A stretch of DNA of 64,000 nucleotides, taken from Candidatus Hodarchaeota archaeon. GTDB lineage: Archaea; Asgardarchaeota; Lokiarchaeia; Sigyniarchaeales; SOKP01. The stretch spans positions 320,001 to 384,000 of the forward strand of contig JBHLJY010000002.1 of assembly GCA_048887225.1 (NCBI GenBank), read 5' to 3'. Shown here one piece after another: positions 59,232 through 64,000 of the stretch. The position numbers were made by a program, and so were the translations under genes. Position 1 is the first letter of the stretch. The number at the start of each line of letters is the position of its first letter. A model generated the notes under the pieces. That model was not told the DNA's origin, ran no database searches, and saw only the letters and a list, made by a program, of their open reading frames with translations.

Positions 59232-59769
59232 TAAAAAAAAAAAGGCAATTTTTTTAGATAGAGATGGTGTTATTAACAAAGAAATAAGTTATATCTCTAA
59301 TCCAGACGATTTTGAATTTATTGAAGGCTCAATAGAAGCTCTTAAAATTTTAAAAGAAAAAAATTTCTTATTAATCGTTATTACAAATCAAGCGGGTATT
59401 GCCCGTGGGTATTATACTGAAGAAATGCTTAAAAAAATTCATAATAAAATGACTCGTATACTAAAACAAAATAATATCGTATTAGATGATATTTTCTATT
59501 GTCCTCATCATCCAGACATCACGGGAATATGTGATTGTAGAAAACCTAAACCAGGGATGATCATTAAAGCTAAAAATAAATATAATATAGATCTACAGAG
59601 TTCTTTCATGGTGGGAGATACTTTAAATGATATCGAAGCTGGTTTGAACGCTAAATGTAAAACTATTTTAGTTTTGACTGGTTATGGTTCTGAAGAAGAA
59701 AAAAAAATTGGTCCTATAAAACCAGATTTAATTTTTAAAAATTTATTAGACTTTGCTCAAAATGTATAA
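59224..59769 (+). CDS. gmhB: Heptose-1,7-bisphosphate phosphatase
   Basis: FLDRDGVIN, TNQAG, CPHHP...CDCRKP, VGD...D. Confidence 0.95.
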   Translation: MINKKKKAIFLDRDGVINKEISYISNPDDFEFIEGSIEALKILKEKNFLLIVITNQAGIARGYYTEEMLKKIHNKMTRILKQNNIVLDDIFYCPHHPDITGICDCRKPKPGMIIKAKNKYNIDLQSSFMVGDTLNDIEAGLNAKCKTILVLTGYGSEEEKKIGPIKPDLIFKNLLDFAQNV

Positions 59770-59815
59770 TTATAATCATAATTTATAATCAAATAAAAAG
59801 CAAGTTATTAAGAAA

Positions 59816-60475
59816 ATGAAATTTTTTATAGATACAGCAAATTTGGACCAAATTAAAGAAATGCAAGAATTAGGAATTATTGATGGTGTAACTACAAATC
59901 CAACGTTACTTTCAAAGGAGGGCACCGAACCAAGAGAACAATTGAGGAAGATTTGTGAGATTGTTGATGGACCAGTCAGTGCTGAAGTAATAGGATTAAA
60001 AACAGAAGAAATGGTAAGAGAAGCTAGAGAGCTAGCGAAGCTTGCACCAAATATTGTAATTAAAATTCCTATGACAAAAGAAGGGATTAAAGCAGTAAAA
60101 ATTCTTGAGCCTGAAGGTATAAAAACCAATGTAACACTCGTTTTCTCTCAAAATCAAATTTTAATTGCAGCTAAAGCAGGTGCTTCTTATATTAGTCCTT
60201 TTATTGGTAGATTGATGGATAACGGACAAAATGAACTCGATATGTTATGGGAATCAATGGAAATTATGGATGCATATGATTTCAAATCAGAAATAATTGT
60301 CGCATCAGTAAGAAACTCACGACATGTAATAGAAGCGGCAAAAATGGGGGCCCATATTGCTACTATTCCATTTGACGTATTAGAGAAAATGTTTAAGCAT
60401 CCTAACACAGATCAAGGATTAGAAGCATTTCTAAAAGATTGGGAAAAATTACAAAGTGAATTGAAAAACAAATAA
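59816..60475 (+). CDS. tal: Transaldolase (small FSA/TalC type)
   Basis: [32 protein letters not shown] (the Phe is typical of transaldolases). Confidence 0.9.
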   Translation: MKFFIDTANLDQIKEMQELGIIDGVTTNPTLLSKEGTEPREQLRKICEIVDGPVSAEVIGLKTEEMVREARELAKLAPNIVIKIPMTKEGIKAVKILEPEGIKTNVTLVFSQNQILIAAKAGASYISPFIGRLMDNGQNELDMLWESMEIMDAYDFKSEIIVASVRNSRHVIEAAKMGAHIATIPFDVLEKMFKHPNTDQGLEAFLKDWEKLQSELKNK

Positions 60476-60487
60476 TTTATCCTAAAA

Positions 60488-61483
60488 ATGACGCTTGTTG
60501 AAAAAATAGATTTCAAAAACAGGAAGGTATTAATTATTGGAGAGGCCTCAATTGATAAGTATGTTGTGGGCTCTGCCAATAGAATTAGTCCTGATGCACC
60601 AGTTCCTAATATTAAGATAGAAGAAAATTTAAACTATATTGGCGGGATTGGTTTAGCAGTACAATATATTAAATCGCTAGGTGGCATTCCAGAAGTTTGT
60701 ACAATTGTAGGAAATGATTTTGAAGGAGACTTTTTTTTAAAGAAAATTAAAGCACTTAATATTGATTCTTCTGGGATAATTATAGATGATAATATTTACA
60801 CTCCACAAATTACTCGAATAAGGGCAATGAATCAACAATTACTTCGACTAGAAACTGATTACTCAAGTGTTATTCCAGAATCTCTAATTAAAAAATTTTT
60901 TAATATTGTTGAGACGAGATCTTCAGATTTGGAATCAATTTTAATATTAAATTATGGGATAGGAGGATTATTTGAAGATATTTTTATTCAAAAATTATTG
61001 AGTAAATTAAAAGAGATATATAAAGAAATTCCAATTATTGCTCGTCCAGATTTGTCTAATTATTATATTTATGAGAATATTGATTTGATAAAGATGAATC
61101 TTCAAAAAGCACTTCAAACTTTTTCAATTGATTGTTGCACTGAAACCAGCATTTCTATCATAGGAAATAAAATTCTAAACTCAGCAAAATGTAAAAATGT
61201 TCTATTAAGCTATTTAGATTCTAATTCTTTCCTTATATCTAAAGATACTGAAAAATTAATAACATTTAATCCTATTATAAAAGGACCAGTTAGAAGTTAT
61301 GTGTCTGTAGGAAGCATTATTATGGCAATTTTAAGTCTAAGTTATGCTTCAGGAATTTCAGTTACAGAAGGGGTTAGAATAGCCCTATTTGGTGCAGCGC
61401 TCTCTGCTACTTTACCTCCAATTGAGTTTTTTAATTCAAAAAAGCTTTGTGACTATATTTTAGCACAATCAAATAAAACTTAA
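60488..61483 (+). CDS. HldE/RfaE kinase-domain homologue (PfkB fold), apparently catalytically degenerate
   Basis: RISPDAPVP and QQLLR retained; the DVTGAGD position reads SYVSVGS. Confidence 0.75.
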   Translation: MTLVEKIDFKNRKVLIIGEASIDKYVVGSANRISPDAPVPNIKIEENLNYIGGIGLAVQYIKSLGGIPEVCTIVGNDFEGDFFLKKIKALNIDSSGIIIDDNIYTPQITRIRAMNQQLLRLETDYSSVIPESLIKKFFNIVETRSSDLESILILNYGIGGLFEDIFIQKLLSKLKEIYKEIPIIARPDLSNYYIYENIDLIKMNLQKALQTFSIDCCTETSISIIGNKILNSAKCKNVLLSYLDSNSFLISKDTEKLITFNPIIKGPVRSYVSVGSIIMAILSLSYASGISVTEGVRIALFGAALSATLPPIEFFNSKKLCDYILAQSNKT

Positions 61484-61507
61484 TCAAAAAATATTGAATT
61501 TAATAGA

Positions 61508-62362
61508 ATGAGCTTAGATAAAGCTGAAGAAAAGCGAGTTTTAATTGAAATCTTGGAAATTAAAAAAGATATTTTAAAAATGATATATCTTGCCCAATCT
61601 GGGCATCCAGGAGGCTCATTATCATGTGTTAATATCTTATATGTGCTATATAATAAGATTATGAGAATAAATAGAAGTGATCCTCTATGGAAAGACAGAG
61701 ATATATTTATTTTAAGTAAAGGGCATGCAGCACCCGCTTTATATGCTGTTTTATCAAATTTTGGTTATATCAATAGAGAAGAATTATTTACTCTTAGAAA
61801 ATTTGGCTCCAATTTACAAGGGCATCCTGTTAAAAATAAAAATCTTGGGATTGAAATTACGACAGGTTCTTTAGGAATGGGGCTTTCAATTGGAGTTGGA
61901 TGTGCATTAGCAACAAAATTAGATAAAAACGAAGAGAAATATATTTATGTTTTATTAGGTGATGGTGAGTTAAACGAGGGAGCTGTATGGGAAGCTGCAA
62001 TGGCTGCTTGCCATTATAAATTAGATAATTTAATCGCTATAATTGATCGAAATGGGATTCAATTAGATGGTTCAACAGAAGAAATCATGGCTTTAGAACC
62101 CTTAGCCGAAAAGTGGAGAGCTTTTGGTTGGGAAGTTATAGAAATCGATGGTTCAAATATAAACGATATGATTCAGGGATTTAATAAGTCTAAAAGTATT
62201 ATTAAAAAACCTAAAGTTATTATTTCATATCTTATTAAGGGTGCTGATGTTTCATTTATGGAACATACTCGTAAATATCATGGGAGGGCATTAACTAAAC
62301 AAGAATATGACGCGGCAATAAAAGAAATTGAAATCATTAAGAAAAATTTTAGCGGAGGATAA
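61508..62362 (+). CDS. Transketolase, N-terminal subunit
   Basis: SGHPGGSLS, LSKGH, LQGHP, GSLGMG, GDGE..EG, DRN. Confidence 0.95.
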   Translation: MSLDKAEEKRVLIEILEIKKDILKMIYLAQSGHPGGSLSCVNILYVLYNKIMRINRSDPLWKDRDIFILSKGHAAPALYAVLSNFGYINREELFTLRKFGSNLQGHPVKNKNLGIEITTGSLGMGLSIGVGCALATKLDKNEEKYIYVLLGDGELNEGAVWEAAMAACHYKLDNLIAIIDRNGIQLDGSTEEIMALEPLAEKWRAFGWEVIEIDGSNINDMIQGFNKSKSIIKKPKVIISYLIKGADVSFMEHTRKYHGRALTKQEYDAAIKEIEIIKKNFSGG

Positions 62363-62369
62363 TCGTGTA

Positions 62370-63308
62370 ATGTCTGAAACTGCTTTAAGGGATACTTTTG
62401 GAAATTATATGATAGAAATCGGGAAAAAATATAAAGACGTTGTAGTCTTGGATGCAGATTTATCTAGTTCCACTAGGACTTTTAAATTTGCAGAGGTTTT
62501 TCCTAATAGATTCTTTAATATGGGTGTCGCTGAGCAGAATATGTTAGGAACAGCTTTAGGATTTGCTATCTCTGGAAAAATTCCCGTTGTAAGCGGTTTT
62601 TCTATTTTTACGACTGGTCGAGCATGGGAGTTTATTAGATTAGCTTGTCATGACAACTTAAATGTTAAAATTGTGACGACCCATGGAGGATTTGTAGGGG
62701 AAGATGGAAGTACTCATCATGCATTAGAAGATTTAAGTTTAATGTCAACTCTCCCAAATTTAACAGTTTTAATCCCCGCAGATAATAATGACCTTGTTCA
62801 AATGCTTAAATATGCTTTAGATGAGAATGGACCATTTTATATAAGATTACCTAGAGGCTCTTTTCCAGCGATTCATGATAAAAATTATAAATTTAAATTT
62901 GGGAAACCAGATATATTGATGGAAGGAAGAGATATTTGTTTGATCGGAACCGGATACGGAAGTATATTAGCTTATAATTCTATTCAAGAAATTCAAAATT
63001 CTTTAAAAATATCTATTAAAGTAATAAATCTCTCTACTATCAAGCCGATTGACGAAAAGGAATTGATTAAAGAAATTTCTAATGTAAAAGCAATAGTTAT
63101 AATTGAAGAACATAATATTTATTGTGGTGTAGGGAGTATTTTAGCTAGAATAATCTCTAAAAACTGTCCAAAACCAATGAGATTTATTGGAATAGATAAT
63201 TATTTTGGAGAATCAGGAGAAAGAGAAGCATTGATTGATGCATATGGTTTAAATATTAAAAGTATTAAAAGAGAAATAAAAAATTTGTTAAAGCATTCAA
63301 ATAAATAA
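62370..63308 (+). CDS. Transketolase, C-terminal subunit
   Basis: DADL, GVAEQN, GEDGSTH, IKPID, EEH; ATG at 62370 after GGAGGA. Confidence 0.95.
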   Translation: MSETALRDTFGNYMIEIGKKYKDVVVLDADLSSSTRTFKFAEVFPNRFFNMGVAEQNMLGTALGFAISGKIPVVSGFSIFTTGRAWEFIRLACHDNLNVKIVTTHGGFVGEDGSTHHALEDLSLMSTLPNLTVLIPADNNDLVQMLKYALDENGPFYIRLPRGSFPAIHDKNYKFKFGKPDILMEGRDICLIGTGYGSILAYNSIQEIQNSLKISIKVINLSTIKPIDEKELIKEISNVKAIVIIEEHNIYCGVGSILARIISKNCPKPMRFIGIDNYFGESGEREALIDAYGLNIKSIKREIKNLLKHSNK

Positions 63309-63331
63309 AAATAATTTATCTAATTTTAAAT

Positions 63332-64000
63332 TTAAGTTGTTAATTTTATAAAAACATCATCTAGACTAGGTTTTAACTCGCTTAAATGTGTTATCGGGTA
63401 CCTTTTTAAAAAATCAAGTAATTTTGGAAAGCATTTCCTACTATCAATCATAAAAAGAACATTATCGTTATCAGTACTTAATCCACTAACATACTCTAAT
63501 TGATTTAAGGATTTAATGATATCAGTATTACTATTTGCTAAGCTTATTTCTATTTTTATTTTATCAGCAATTATCTTTTTAAAATTTTCTTGAGTATCAA
63601 TTTTTAAAATTTTTCCTTCTCGAAGAAATGCTATTCTATCACATATTCTTGATACTACATCCATTTGATGAGATGTCAAAAAAATAGTTACCTTGAGGTT
63701 CTTCAAAATATTAATAACATCTTTCACAGTTATTGGATCTAATCCTAACATAGGCTCATCTAAGAATAGTATTTTTGGTTCTATTAATAATACTCTTGCT
63801 AGAGCTAATTTTAATTTCATACCTCGAGAGTACTTTTCAACATATTGATTTATCCAGTTTGATAAATTTAATTTCTCAGCTAAAATTTGTATTTTTGTTT
63901 TAAAATCTTTTATACCATAAAGTCTACAATAAAATTTTAAATTTTTATATCCTGTTAATCTATGATAAATCATTTCACCACCAAGCATTAAACCAACATT
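63332..64000 (-). CDS. ABC transporter ATP-binding subunit (5' end outside window)
   Basis: YSRGMK signature, LFLDEP Walker B, TSH switch; frame open to the window edge. Confidence 0.9.
   Translation of the reverse strand, partial: NVGLMLGGEMIYHRLTGYKNLKFYCRLYGIKDFKTKIQILAEKLNLSNWINQYVEKYSRGMKLKLALARVLLIEPKILFLDEPMLGLDPITVKDVINILKNLKVTIFLTSHQMDVVSRICDRIAFLREGKILKIDTQENFKKIIADKIKIEISLANSNTDIIKSLNQLEYVSGLSTDNDNVLFMIDSRKCFPKLLDFLKRYPITHLSELKPSLDDVFIKLTT

Noticed and set aside
10030-59245. Poly-A/T runs of 8-12 nt in coding regions as phase-variation tracts
   Set aside because: Such runs are common throughout this AT-rich sequence, the ORFs are in frame, and no variability can be shown without reads.
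3514-60408. Short (61-117 aa) ORFs in the track that are antisense to or nested in long genes (e.g. 3514, 5756, 6965, 18044, 31464, 44691, 59776, 60187)
   Set aside because: They overlap well-supported genes wholly or almost wholly and have no motifs; they are shadow ORFs.
1-64000. CRISPR arrays, tRNA/rRNA, IS elements, integrases, defence systems
   Set aside because: I saw no regularly spaced repeats, GC-rich structured RNA stretches or transposase/integrase motifs. The methyltransferases lack DNA-MTase motifs (DPPY/NPPY/PCQ).
1-64000. Individual TATA/BRE promoter calls in intergenic regions
   Set aside because: AT content is so high that TTTA[AT]A-like boxes occur everywhere; they cannot be assigned without TSS data.

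Overview
A very AT-rich, gene-dense window. It is most likely from an Asgard archaeon (Lokiarchaeia-like). This is inferred from a UEV/RWD+RING protein, a split transketolase, many TTG/GTG starts and DPM1-type GT2s, not proven. About 55 kb is one large surface-glycan locus with 5 GT4, 5 GT2 (2 DPM1-like), a Wzx flippase, a GtrA flippase and four GT-C-type membrane proteins. It also has dTDP-rhamnose, CDP-sugar and heptose precursor genes, and many tailoring enzymes: about 10 SAM methyltransferases, 2 B12 radical SAM enzymes, 2 HGSNAT-like acyltransferases, an AsnB amidotransferase, and a sulfotransferase with a sat/cysC PAPS module. The strongest novelty candidate is a pair of paralogues carrying both the N- and C-terminal motifs of actinobacterial arabinofuranosyltransferase AftA (GT85); one of them, at 1-1697, is missing from the ORF track. 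With the GT87, GtrA and DPM1-like genes they suggest a mycobacterial-style lipid-phosphate-sugar extracytoplasmic glycosylation system in an archaeon. Other highlights: a heptose operon interleaved with non-oxidative pentose phosphate genes and an HldE pseudokinase; a His-for-Lys ColD/E1-type dehydratase; a FANCL-like 4x UBC/RWD-RING protein; a GVHH-motif IleRS2 followed by a degraded copy of an IleRS C-terminus; and an RHH regulator bearing a phosphodiesterase/sulfatase-type 'RLxxLGY' tail. I saw no RNA genes, CRISPR arrays or transposases. All family calls come from motif recognition by eye, and reference motifs are recalled from memory.
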